The notes under the pieces are model-generated. The model was given only the letters and a program-made list of their open reading frames with translations. It was not told the origin of the DNA and did not search any database. From NCBI GenBank assembly GCA_963720465.1, contig OY970393.1:1088001-1152000 (forward strand): a DNA stretch of 64,000 bases, in the 5' to 3' direction. This document shows, in pieces, positions 31,599-41,471 of the stretch. Source of the stretch: Methanobacteriota archaeon. Its GTDB lineage: Archaea; Halobacteriota; Bog-38; Methanoflorentales; Methanoflorentaceae. Numbering within the stretch: position 1 is the first letter of the stretch; each line of letters begins with the position of its first letter. The translations under genes and the position numbers were made by a program.

Positions 31599-32730
31599 CG
31601 TCTCCGTGCACTTCGTAAAAGTGTTTGATCTCATCGACTATATACGTAATATCTGCTTCAGCGAGAGTGGGATACATGGGTAAAGTTACGACGCGCGCGG
31701 CTACCTTCTCGGTGATGGGAAGCTTATCCGTGTACCCGAGAACGTCCTTGTAAAAGCGTGTCGTGTGCACGGGTTCGAAGTACACCTTCGTCGCGATGCC
31801 GCGTTCCTCTAAATAGCACATGAGTTTGTCTCTCTGCGGCGCTTGTACGGTGAACATCTGGTAAACGTGACGGTAGCCGTTCGGGGGCTTTGGGAGGATT
31901 ATGGCCGGCACGTCATCCCGGAGGCGAGCGGCGAGCGCGGCTGCTTTCTGTTGCCGCAACGATATGAGCCGGTCAACTTTCTCCAGTTGAGCGATTCCGA
32001 GCGCTGCGACTATGTTCGACATTCTGAAGTTGTACCCGAGCGTCACGTAGTCCGTGCGCTCGGTAGAACAGAAATAGTCACCGTTCTCGACCCTGCCGTG
32101 CGACCGAATCAGCCTGAGTCTTTCATAGATGGATGGCGAATTGGTGACGACCGCCCCGCCCTCACCGGTTGACAGTACCTTATTTTGACAGAAGCTCAAA
32201 ACGGCCGCGTCGCCAAATGTTCCCACGAGCTGTCCGTCTACGCTGGCGCCGAGCGCTTCTGCGGCGTCTTCGATAAGCAGCAGGCCGTTGTCCTCAGCAA
32301 CCTCTTTGAGTTCCTTTATACGGCACGGACAACCACCGTAATGGATAGGTAGAAGCGCCTTCGTTCGCGAGGTGATCTTTTCCTGGACGTCAGCAGCGCT
32401 GAGCGCATAGGTTTCTTCCTCGATGTCGGCGAAGACTGGGCGTGCTCGGACAAAAAGCGGGGCGTTTGCGGTAGAGATGAACGTGAATGATGGCACGATC
32501 ACCTCGTCTCCCTGGCCTATGCCGTAAGCTAGAAGTGCGGCGTGCAGCCCCGACGTCCCTGAGTTAAATGTGACGCAGTAGCGCGTGCTGGTGTAGCGGG
32601 CGAGCTCATCTTCAAACTCCTTTATGTAGGCTCCGATCGCCCAGTTTCTCCCTGATGAGATGGCTTCAGTCACACGCTTCACGTCTTCTTCGTCCCAGTA
32701 GATTGCAAATAGCGGAATGCGCTTCGCCAT
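31573..32730 (-). CDS. DegT/DnrJ/EryC1/StrS sugar aminotransferase
   Basis: NSGTSGLH, IEDAAEALG, SFCQNKVLSTGEGG, GYNFRM, LPMYP. Confidence 0.94.
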   Translation of the reverse strand: MAKRIPLFAIYWDEEDVKRVTEAISSGRNWAIGAYIKEFEDELARYTSTRYCVTFNSGTSGLHAALLAYGIGQGDEVIVPSFTFISTANAPLFVRARPVFADIEEETYALSAADVQEKITSRTKALLPIHYGGCPCRIKELKEVAEDNGLLLIEDAAEALGASVDGQLVGTFGDAAVLSFCQNKVLSTGEGGAVVTNSPSIYERLRLIRSHGRVENGDYFCSTERTDYVTLGYNFRMSNIVAALGIAQLEKVDRLISLRQQKAAALAARLRDDVPAIILPKPPNGYRHVYQMFTVQAPQRDKLMCYLEERGIATKVYFEPVHTTRFYKDVLGYTDKLPITEKVAARVVTLPMYPTLAEADITYIVDEIKHFYEVHGDDDRPKRIL

Positions 32731-32734
32731 TCGT

Positions 32735-33157
32735 TCACCTGTCGGCAAGTTCGTCGGCTGCGAGGGGGCGGATGACTTGCACCGGAACGCCGTAGGCAAG
32801 CACGCCGTCCGGTATGTCCCTGTTCACAAAGCTGAACGCCCCGACAATTGAGTTTCGTCCGACGGTGACGCCCGGCATGATGACCGAGTGACTGCCGATC
32901 TTGCAGTTTGTTTTCAAGACAACAGGTCCCCCCTTGTCATCAATGGTCGAAACTGAGTACACGGCACAGTGCGAACCGATCTGCACGTGATCCTCGACTG
33001 TGACTCCGTTTTTCGCGTTGATGTAGGTGAACGCTCCGATATCTGTCTTGTCGCCCAGTTCGAACCGCGATTTCCATCGAACGATCCAGCTGTAAATATT
33101 AGGTTTGCCGTCCTCAATTTCCGGAGGTTCCCAGCCGTCAAATCTAGTCATTCCCAT
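32735..33157 (-). CDS. Hexapeptide-repeat (LbH) acyltransferase
   Basis: IGSHSVIMPGVTVGRNSIVGAFSFVNRDIP..AYGVP. Confidence 0.9.
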   Translation of the reverse strand: MGMTRFDGWEPPEIEDGKPNIYSWIVRWKSRFELGDKTDIGAFTYINAKNGVTVEDHVQIGSHCAVYSVSTIDDKGGPVVLKTNCKIGSHSVIMPGVTVGRNSIVGAFSFVNRDIPDGVLAYGVPVQVIRPLAADELADR

Positions 33158-33168
33158 CCCTCGTCCTT

Positions 33169-34326
33169 TCAGTAGGTCATGTGCTTTTGAAGCAGTCGTG
33201 CGTCGATTCTCAACTCGATTAAGGCGTTGACGATGCGCGCACTTGCTTTTCCGTCTCCATATGGGTTCTTGCTCCGGCTGGCCAGCTCTTTGAACGTGCT
33301 GTCTTCGATTGCAGTCTTGATTGCCGTGATGATCTGACTTCTATCGTAGTCAACGTTAATAATGTTGCCTGCGCACTCCCGCCCGCGCTGTCTCGTCCCG
33401 ATATTAACGACGGGAAGGTGGAAGAGGGGTGACTCAATAACGCCGCTGCTCGAATTCCCTACCAGCACGCTCGCAACGTTCATTAGACCTAGGTAGTGCG
33501 CACGTGGCACGGTCTCGTAAGCCTGCATAAACGCGTGCGAGCGGTATCGTTCGAGAACGCGTATCATCGCCCTGCCGCCGGCATCCGCATTGGGATAGAT
33601 CACAATGGTTTGCTGCTGGAGCTGGGCAATTGCATCGAGAGTGGCGGCCATCTGCAACGGCGCATCATCGACTTCCGCGGAAACGGGATGCTGGACCACC
33701 AGTATGATGGGTTTTGACAGATCCAGTTGATACAGGTGTGCGATTTCATTGGGGCCTATACGTCGCTCATTGAGGATACCATCGATGGCTGGAGAGCCTA
33801 CGCAGTGTATTCGCCACGCCTCCTCGCCCATTTTGCGGACCCTTCCCGCGCTTTTCTTGGTGGCCGGAAAGTGGACGTGCGCTAGTTTCGTGATCGCGTG
33901 TCGAACGTGGTCATCGACCGTGGAACTCACGTCGCCGCCGTGCACGTGAGCAATTGGAACGCTGAGGTATGTCGCGGCAACAGCTCCCGCAAGCATCTCC
34001 GCGCGGTCCCCCAGTAAGAGGACGATATCGGCGTGCGTCTCTTTGATTACATGGGTAAGCCCCTGGATGAACGTCCCGGTAAACAGAGCCGCTGATTCCC
34101 GGTCATCCGTCGAATAAACTGCGTCGATCACGTGAACGTTCGCGTGGCCGGCTCTGACCTCGTCTACAGTCATTCCGAACTCTGGCATCAGGTGCATGCC
34201 GCCAGCGACGACTTCCAGCGCGAGGGAGGGGCTGCTTTCAATCGCATCAAGCGTTTGATTCATCAATCCGTAGTCGGCTCGCGTTCCGGTCACGTAAAGA
34301 ACCTTTCTCACTCGACCATCTGCCAT
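33169..34326 (-). CDS. neuC: Hydrolysing UDP-N-acetylhexosamine 2-epimerase (NeuC/LegG type)
   Basis: TGTRADYG, GMHL, LGDR.E, HVHGG, RHAITKLAH, YPNADAG, GNSSSG, PYGDG. Confidence 0.92.
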   Translation of the reverse strand: MADGRVRKVLYVTGTRADYGLMNQTLDAIESSPSLALEVVAGGMHLMPEFGMTVDEVRAGHANVHVIDAVYSTDDRESAALFTGTFIQGLTHVIKETHADIVLLLGDRAEMLAGAVAATYLSVPIAHVHGGDVSSTVDDHVRHAITKLAHVHFPATKKSAGRVRKMGEEAWRIHCVGSPAIDGILNERRIGPNEIAHLYQLDLSKPIILVVQHPVSAEVDDAPLQMAATLDAIAQLQQQTIVIYPNADAGGRAMIRVLERYRSHAFMQAYETVPRAHYLGLMNVASVLVGNSSSGVIESPLFHLPVVNIGTRQRGRECAGNIINVDYDRSQIITAIKTAIEDSTFKELASRSKNPYGDGKASARIVNALIELRIDARLLQKHMTY

Positions 34327-35360
34327 GTGAGGGCGTGTCCCTTCTTAATGTTTAGTTTCGCTTTCTTCCCGATAACGCGATCGAGATCTGCGGGCGTGAT
34401 AGCCAGGGCATCCCCCGCTCGTTTGGGCGCGAGCATCTCTAGGCGTACGGTGGTTCCAGCGGCGATGTCGGTTTCTGCCACAAGGGTCTGTCTCATGAAC
34501 GCCCTCATAAGCACTTCGCTCTCCGTGGGGCATTTTACGCCGTCACCCAGAGCCCTTTCAACGATCCTGATTGCTTGGACCATCTGCCGTAGCTCGTGAG
34601 GCTCTAATGATGCCTGATGGTCGGGGCCTGAAAAGGACTTGTTAAGGGTAACGTGTTTTTCGATAACGTTGGCACCCAAGGCGACCGCTGCGATTGACAC
34701 AGTGATCCCGATGGTGTGATCGGAGAATCCCACGGGCACGTTGAACGCCTGTTTTAGCGTGTTGATCGCGCGCAAGTTTACGTGCTCCGCGCTTGCAGGA
34801 TACTCAGAGACGCAGTGCAGGAGGATAAGATCACGCGCGGTATAGCTGCGCAACGTGTCGATCGCATCTCGCACCGCGTCCAGTGAACACATGCCCGTTG
34901 ATAGGATGATGGGCTTGTGCTGTTCGGCGACACGCGAGAGCAGCGGCCGGTTCGTTATCTCTCCCGAGCCGATCTTGTACGCTACAACGCCGAGCTCGCT
35001 CAGCAGATCAACGCTCGCAGGATCAAAGGGCGATGACAAAAACGTGATTCCGGCCTCATTAGCGCAGTCGTACAGCTCTTTGAAGTCATCCGCCGTAAGT
35101 TCCAACGCCCTCAACATTGTACGCTGCGGGGCATCGCCCGTAGTTTCTTGTTGATACGCGGCCTTCGGTGCGTCGGCGGTCGTGATTGCGTCAGCTCGAA
35201 ATGTTTGGAACTTAATCGCATCGGCTTCTGCCTCTACGGCTACCTCGATAAGCTTCTTCGCGAGCTGGACGCTGCCGTTGTGATTAACCCCCGCCTCGGC
35301 GATAATGAAACACGGCTCGCCCTCTCCTATCGCCTTACCGCCCACGTCGACCGTTTTCAC
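34308..35360 (-). CDS. neuB: Nonulosonic acid synthase (NeuB family)
   Basis: IIAEAGVNHNG, KFQTF, KIGSGE, LSTGM, LHCVSEYP, GFSDHT, EKH, DH; C-terminal SAF domain. Confidence 0.94.
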   Translation of the reverse strand: MKTVDVGGKAIGEGEPCFIIAEAGVNHNGSVQLAKKLIEVAVEAEADAIKFQTFRADAITTADAPKAAYQQETTGDAPQRTMLRALELTADDFKELYDCANEAGITFLSSPFDPASVDLLSELGVVAYKIGSGEITNRPLLSRVAEQHKPIILSTGMCSLDAVRDAIDTLRSYTARDLILLHCVSEYPASAEHVNLRAINTLKQAFNVPVGFSDHTIGITVSIAAVALGANVIEKHVTLNKSFSGPDHQASLEPHELRQMVQAIRIVERALGDGVKCPTESEVLMRAFMRQTLVAETDIAAGTTVRLEMLAPKRAGDALAITPADLDRVIGKKAKLNIKKGHALTWQMVE

Positions 35361-35611
35361 TTTGCGTGCTCCCTCACAGCGCACTGCCCCCTAGCGGTGG
35401 CCGCAATCACCTCGCGACGGCAAGCACCCACGCTTGAAGTCTCGTTCAAGCGTCAAGCGATTCGCATTCTTGGACCGACGGCCCTGCAGCAGTGAGCTAC
35501 TTCCTTCTTTCAGATCAGCCCTATATGAAGTCATGTGTCCGCCACGCCGTTGCGCGACCTGCCCACCACAGAGAGTCATCGGAGCTGCGCATCAGAGCAA
35601 TGATAATGCGC

Positions 35612-36841
35612 TCACGCTTTGTTTCGCGCCTGCCCCTCCAACCGCGAGGCAATCACGTGCGCAACGCGCGCTCCCGCGCGGCCATCTTGCAGATACGCAT
35701 GGTCATAGACGTAGCAGCGACTCGCATCTGCCAACCTAATGCGCGTCTCGGTGTCATACAACACCGATGCTATCGCCGGCGCGAGTTGGTCAGCGCCATA
35801 AACGCCTACGGCGGCGCCATATTTCACGTAATCTAATTCATCAGTTTGGCTGCTCCATCCTTCGCTTTCAAAGGCGATGATAGGCACCCCTAAGATCATT
35901 GCCTCTAATCCGATAGTTGATCGCACGGTCAGCACGGCATCGCACGCGGTCAGTAATGTCGCTAAATCGACTTCACCGTTCACAATAGGTACCGATGAGC
36001 TGCCAAGTGTCGACAAGATGGAACGATAGACTGCTGCGCTTGTCTCTCTCGGGTGCAGTTTGATGAGCAGTTGCCCACCCGCATCGCGAACTGCCGCAAC
36101 AACACACTCGAGGAAATGCGCTCTTTGGCCCGCCGTCCATAAGCCATCTTCAACAAACGGCTGTGTGGCAACGACGACCACTGGCGCGTGGGTGTCCAGC
36201 CCGAAGCGTTCCAAAAGCGAAACTTTGTTGGGCAGCGTGCTAGAACTGATCATGGAATCGTATCGTGGCTGCCCAGTGACGACGATTGCATCTTCGGGGA
36301 TTCCGCTCTTCAGAAAAAGGGCCTTGCTCGCTGGCCCTGCCACACACGCGACGTCCCACAATCGGCTAATCGACCTATCCGTAAAGAACTTCCGCAACCA
36401 GATTTTCGCCGCCTCCCACGTGCATCCTGACGCGACGTATCGCGCTGCGTACGTGAAGATGCCTACTTTGGCGTGCGCCAAAATGAGCTTAAGCGCAGCC
36501 GTTTTATCTCGCGCAGCGCTGAGCGCGCCGTGGGGCACGTATACTGAAGCGATGCCAAGTTTTTTTGCCGCAAGCAAGAACAACACACTTATCCAGTAAG
36601 CGTCGTGTGCGGTGATGACCAGCGAGACATCGTTGTCGCGAAGGAATTCGCGCGCGTCATATGGGGTGCATCCGATCGGGGTCGCCACGACCTGCGAATT
36701 CGCTGTGCCACTCCATCGTTCCAGCACGCGGTACTGCGGATCGCCAACCATTATCACGCGCAAATCGTCCGGAAGTTGCCGGATCACGGGAGATAACACC
36801 TCCAGCTCGGCGGGCGTGTAGATGGGGAGGAGGACGCTCAC
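35612..36841 (-). CDS. GT-B fold protein (Capsule_synth/TagF-like), candidate nonulosonate transferase
   Basis: HG, VTGQPRYD, IKLHPRE, STIGLEAMILGVP, DGRAGARV. Confidence 0.7.
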   Translation of the reverse strand: MSVLLPIYTPAELEVLSPVIRQLPDDLRVIMVGDPQYRVLERWSGTANSQVVATPIGCTPYDAREFLRDNDVSLVITAHDAYWISVLFLLAAKKLGIASVYVPHGALSAARDKTAALKLILAHAKVGIFTYAARYVASGCTWEAAKIWLRKFFTDRSISRLWDVACVAGPASKALFLKSGIPEDAIVVTGQPRYDSMISSSTLPNKVSLLERFGLDTHAPVVVVATQPFVEDGLWTAGQRAHFLECVVAAVRDAGGQLLIKLHPRETSAAVYRSILSTLGSSSVPIVNGEVDLATLLTACDAVLTVRSTIGLEAMILGVPIIAFESEGWSSQTDELDYVKYGAAVGVYGADQLAPAIASVLYDTETRIRLADASRCYVYDHAYLQDGRAGARVAHVIASRLEGQARNKA

Positions 36842-38547
36842 GTAACCTCGTACAGTTGAACGCCATTCGAGGAGTAGACCAAGTTGAAATACGGTGCGTT
36901 TGCCGTCGTGTTTTCCGCACGTAGGTACTCATTCAATCGTGGAGCGTAGAGCGTCTGAATGGTCGCGTAATCCCCCGGCGTAAAGAAGATGTACGAGGGT
37001 CCTCCTTTGACGAGCTGCAATCGCACTGAATCGTTGGGCGGCCCTCGATCCAACAGGGCAACAAGCTGGAGCAAATTTCCTCCCGTGTAATTCTGCTCAT
37101 TCAGCCAATTGGCGACCGGATAAGCCCCGTAAACCGACGCACTGCTCACGGTCTGGTAAAAGAAGTTGTAACTTGAAATCTCCGCAGGGCTCACGTAGTC
37201 GAAGCTCTCGTTACCGTATGCGACGAGGACGTGCAGCATGGGACCAGCTAGGAGAATTACTACCGCGGCGACCTTCACCACGCGAAAACTCACGTTTTTC
37301 ACGAGATAGTAGATGAGCGCCGGAAGCGCTAATAGGAAACCTCGAAACCACAGTTCCCCATCATACCCGGGCAGCAACAGGATCCACGTTATGCCGACGA
37401 GCAGCGCGAGGAAGGCAGCATCCATTTTTTCAAGTCTCCTCGTTGAGGCAAATCGGTATAAGAACCAGATTCCCACGATGGCGGCAGCAAAAACTCCGAA
37501 CACGATGCCCACGTTGGCAATAAACGCGTGGGTGACGCTCCCGCCTATCCCAGAAACGCCCCCCGTCCCTCCCGTGACCCCTCCCGTGACCCCTCCCGTC
37601 ACCCCCACCTGCGTCTGCGTCGAAAGGCTTTCAGATACGGGCGTCGCAGATTGCCGGTTGACCATATAGTTGAAATACGCGGCAGAGCCGAAAAGCATCC
37701 AACCGACAAATCCGACAACGTACGGCACCACAAATCGGTCGAGTCGCACCTTAGCGACGATTCGTGATGACAGGGCCAATACGATGAAAAACATGAGCAG
37801 GGCAAACGAGGTTAAGAAATGCGTTACGACAAGCGACAAAAAGATGATGAACAAGAGCGATGCGACGGCAACAGAAGGATATCGGATCTTTTGCGACGGC
37901 GCGCGAATGATATACACAAACGTGAGCCCTAAGAAAGCAAGGAACAGCAGGTACGCCACCGATTCAGGACTCAGGTAATCTTGGCCGACGTAGTTCATGA
38001 TGTAAAACAAAAAAATCCCCAGGTACGCCTGCTTCTTGCTTAGGAAACCCCTGTAAAGCGCGTAGAGGGCCACCCCATATGCAACCTCCATGAATGGCGC
38101 GTAGTACTTAACAAACACCGTCTGCGTTGCGGTTGATGGTAACGCCACCTGGAAAACCGCAGAGAAGAGTGCCCACACGCTCGGCCAGTTGAACAGAACG
38201 TTGACAGCAGGATTGATGGCGGCTGCGCGTGTTACGAGGTCGGTGAGCCCCCAGACTTTGTACGTCGTTCGAAATCTCGGAAACGCCTCGACTAATGCCG
38301 GAGTCACAAACAGAAACGCGATCAGAAGAGCGATCTGGCAGACGAAAAGGAGGTCTCGCCACCGGCCTTCGCCCGGGGTCCCGAGGTTGATGATAAACGC
38401 GAGGCTCAGGGTGACGCATGCGACGTAGAAAGCCGGAGGCAGGCTGCCGGCCAATCCGAAGCCGCCGATGTTCAACCCGCTCGTATTAACCCTAATAAGC
38501 GCGAACGCCCATAGCACCCACGACGCTCCGGTGAGTATGGCTGCCAC
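36838..38547 (-). CDS. Multi-pass membrane protein, DUF2206-like/GT-C-like
   Basis: FNWP, VGQDYLSPES, THFLT, GELWFR, YGNE, NLVYSSNG; many TM segments. Confidence 0.75.
   Translation of the reverse strand: MAAILTGASWVLWAFALIRVNTSGLNIGGFGLAGSLPPAFYVACVTLSLAFIINLGTPGEGRWRDLLFVCQIALLIAFLFVTPALVEAFPRFRTTYKVWGLTDLVTRAAAINPAVNVLFNWPSVWALFSAVFQVALPSTATQTVFVKYYAPFMEVAYGVALYALYRGFLSKKQAYLGIFLFYIMNYVGQDYLSPESVAYLLFLAFLGLTFVYIIRAPSQKIRYPSVAVASLLFIIFLSLVVTHFLTSFALLMFFIVLALSSRIVAKVRLDRFVVPYVVGFVGWMLFGSAAYFNYMVNRQSATPVSESLSTQTQVGVTGGVTGGVTGGTGGVSGIGGSVTHAFIANVGIVFGVFAAAIVGIWFLYRFASTRRLEKMDAAFLALLVGITWILLLPGYDGELWFRGFLLALPALIYYLVKNVSFRVVKVAAVVILLAGPMLHVLVAYGNESFDYVSPAEISSYNFFYQTVSSASVYGAYPVANWLNEQNYTGGNLLQLVALLDRGPPNDSVRLQLVKGGPSYIFFTPGDYATIQTLYAPRLNEYLRAENTTANAPYFNLVYSSNGVQLYEVT
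37567..37605. repeat. 12-bp tandem repeat encoding a GGVT linker
   Basis: CCCTCCCGTGAC about 3 times; protein GVTGGVTGGVTGGTGG. Confidence 0.85.
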
Positions 38548-38892
38548 GAGCGGTTTCGTCTTCGGAGTTACTGCGATTTTGCATCCCTCAGCGTTGATTG
38601 ACCGTTCCGGGACAGTTAATGTGTCTTTCCAGAACCGAGCTCGATTCGGTCAATGGTCAGGCACGCTCATAAGCTTTGCCGTTTGCCGTGTCGGGCCCTC
38701 TCACAAGCTCACCGTGCCCGTGCCACACGCGAAACGAATGGAGACTTCTACAGCCGCAGAAGCGTGAAACACCAGCTGCATCGGCGCTGCATGCCCAGAT
38801 GGATCACTTTATTAATCTGAAGGACAAATGCGCACATCGCAACGCCGCGTAAGAAGTCACGCCAGCGCGGCAAGAACGCCAGGGAGTGAGTC

Positions 38893-39810
38893 GTGAACGT
38901 CAGCGTTATCGTGTGTGCATATTCGCTCGAACGATACCACTACTTGCGCCAAACGATACAATCGCTCTGCGATCAGGAGTATCCGGTCGCCGAGATCATC
39001 GTGGTAATTGACAAAAACCCGACCCTGTACGACCAGATAGCGTCTGACGCCGAGAAATATAACTGGCGCAACGTGAAGCTGATCTTCAATGAGGAGCTCA
39101 AGGGCGTGTCATATGCGAGAAATGTGGGTATCAGAGAGAGCAGCGGCGATATCATCGCGCTCATCGACGACGACGCTATGGCCGATCCGAAGTGGACGCA
39201 GGCGATGGTCTCATCGTTTGCGCGGGACGCCCGCGTTGGCGCCGTAACCGGATTGACCATACCGCGGTGGGAAAGCGATAGCTCCTGGTTTCCAACGGAG
39301 CTGTACTGGATGATTAGCTGCTCGTACGTCGCCGCGGCGACGACGTACGAGGTTGAGCGTAGTTTCGGCACAAACATGGCCTTCAAAAGGGCGGTACTTG
39401 ACCGTATCGGACTGTTTGACGAGCGTCTCGGGTTGCAGGGAAAGAAATGGATTGGCGGCGAGGACACAGAGATCGTCTGGCGGGTACAACAAGCAGGCTT
39501 TACGATCCTGTGTGACCCCGACGTAAAGGTTGCGCACGCGATTCCGGGGGACCGACTCAAAATCAGCGCTTTGCTCAAGCGCGCGTTTGTCGGTGGAACG
39601 TCAGAAGGGCACATGATAAAGGTCACCCAGCATCGCGTCTCTCCTCGCACACGGCGGCAGTACCTGTCAACCCTCCTGTTCGAATTCTTCCCGAGAAGAA
39701 TACGGGACGCTATCGTTCATCGATCGCGCATTGCGCTTAAACAAGTGCTCCTCGTCGGCGTGATCCTTGTCTTCTGGGGGTTTGGCTTTTGCTATGGCTA
39801 CGTCGTATAG
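38893..39810 (+). CDS. GT2 glycosyltransferase (AglG-like)
   Basis: VSVIVCAY, ARNVG, IDDDA, WFPTELYW, GTNMAF, GGEDTE. Confidence 0.9.
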   Translation: MNVSVIVCAYSLERYHYLRQTIQSLCDQEYPVAEIIVVIDKNPTLYDQIASDAEKYNWRNVKLIFNEELKGVSYARNVGIRESSGDIIALIDDDAMADPKWTQAMVSSFARDARVGAVTGLTIPRWESDSSWFPTELYWMISCSYVAAATTYEVERSFGTNMAFKRAVLDRIGLFDERLGLQGKKWIGGEDTEIVWRVQQAGFTILCDPDVKVAHAIPGDRLKISALLKRAFVGGTSEGHMIKVTQHRVSPRTRRQYLSTLLFEFFPRRIRDAIVHRSRIALKQVLLVGVILVFWGFGFCYGYVV

Positions 39811-40037
39811 AGCCAACGTCGCGCACGAAGCACTTGCTCAACAGGCGTTGCTTGAGTGCTAGCTGAGATACGGCACGCGCGAAGAGCCGCGGCGTGTAAG
39901 CGGAGCGCGGACGGGCGCTGTGCGGTCTCGATGGCTGCGATGCAGCAATATCTATTTATCGATGCCTCTCCTACTCAGACTGACTCGCACTCGTGTGCAT
40001 CGCGAACGACTCACAAAGGAGGATCGGCAGAAGTCAC

Positions 40038-40955
40038 GTGACCCAAAGCAGTCAACGCTCGCCCAACGCAGCGTACCGCAGGAGCTCTGATATCGCAGCG
40101 TTCTTTGATTTATACTTCGATTTAGCGCTTATGTTGATCGTTACCGTCGCAGCGATCATCATCATCTTCGTGCCCTTCGTAGGCGCGGCTGCGGCCCGCG
40201 CCATCACGGGTCTCCTCCTTGTTTTCTTCGTCCCGGGCTACGTCATGCTCGCCGCCGTTTTCCCCCAGAAGGACGGCTTGACGAACGTTGAACGCGTAAT
40301 TCTCTCGCTCGTGTTCAGCGTCATTATTGTTGGCGGCGTGAGCTTCCTCTTAGGCTACACCTCATTCGGCCTGCGCGTAGCACCGATCGTGGCGTGCACG
40401 TCGATCTTCATCGTCGGGGGCACCATTAGTGCCTACGTCCGCCGTCGTTCTCTCCCCTCGGAGCAACGTTTTGCGGTCTCCGTTCCCCGCGTTTCGGACG
40501 TGAGGCCAGCGATCCCTCACTTTGGACCTGCTGAGAGGCTCGACAAAACGCTCGTCCTGGTGCTCTTGTTCGTGCTCGTCGCGTCTCTTGTCGCGACGGG
40601 CTACCTCGTCTCGGCACCTATAGGCGGTGCCTACAGCGAGCTGTACCTTCTTGGCTCCGGTGGGAAGGCGAGCGACTACCCGACCAATCTGACCGTCAAC
40701 CAGACGGCCAACGTAACTGTTGGCGTCGTCAATCACGAGAACGCGAACGCCAACTACACCCTGGTGGTCACACTCGATAACGCCACTCTCTCCTCGCGAT
40801 CATTCACCTTAGCCAACAGCGAGCAGTGGCAAAACTCCGTCGCAGTGACGCCTGATCGAATCGGACAGGACATGAAACTCAGCTTCCTCCTATACGAAGA
40901 CGATAACTCAGCGCCGCTGCAGACGACCCATTTGTGGGTTAACGTGACACAGTGA
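40038..40955 (+). CDS. DUF1616 domain membrane protein, full-length
   Basis: FVPGY..AAVFP, ERVILS, RRR, ELYLLG..GKASDYPT, VGVVNHE, HLWVNV. Confidence 0.88.
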   Translation: MTQSSQRSPNAAYRRSSDIAAFFDLYFDLALMLIVTVAAIIIIFVPFVGAAAARAITGLLLVFFVPGYVMLAAVFPQKDGLTNVERVILSLVFSVIIVGGVSFLLGYTSFGLRVAPIVACTSIFIVGGTISAYVRRRSLPSEQRFAVSVPRVSDVRPAIPHFGPAERLDKTLVLVLLFVLVASLVATGYLVSAPIGGAYSELYLLGSGGKASDYPTNLTVNQTANVTVGVVNHENANANYTLVVTLDNATLSSRSFTLANSEQWQNSVAVTPDRIGQDMKLSFLLYEDDNSAPLQTTHLWVNVTQ

Positions 40956-41043
40956 GGTTACACGGGTACATACACACGGGCGAAGCAACGCGCGACGTCG
41001 GCGCGCGGCGCACACTTAAGTATCAAGATGCCCATGTTGCGTC

Positions 41044-41286
41044 GTGTTCTCCACGCTTATGATCGCTGCTGTGAATATCTTGTCGACCGTGCCAAACACT
41101 ACTATAATCGCCCCTATTTTAACGATCGTGGTCATGCTCCTCACGTTCGTGAGAGCCGCTCTTCGGGAGACCCCACAGTGGAGCAAACGCTTCGAAACGG
41201 CGTTCTTCGCTCTGGCCATACCACTTGGCGTGGCATTTGTCATCGTCATCGCAGCGAGAATCGCGCCGCTGTTAGCGCGCCGGTAG
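41044..41286 (+). CDS. Small membrane protein (80 aa)
   Basis: Two or three hydrophobic helices, follows DUF1616 on the same strand. Confidence 0.55.
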   Translation: MFSTLMIAAVNILSTVPNTTIIAPILTIVVMLLTFVRAALRETPQWSKRFETAFFALAIPLGVAFVIVIAARIAPLLARR

Positions 41287-41471
41287 GCGACATTCTGGCG
41301 GAGGAGGCCCGCGCTCGGCTCGCAGATCGACTTCAGCTCGACCAGGTTCGTCAATTGAAGAATCAGCGCTTTTGTGGCGTTCGAGTGCTTGCGCAAGAGC
41401 GACAAGCAGTTCTCCCCCCTACGGCGCACGCAAGCCGTCTTTGCAGTGGCCCAACGGCGTGCTTCTCTCGA

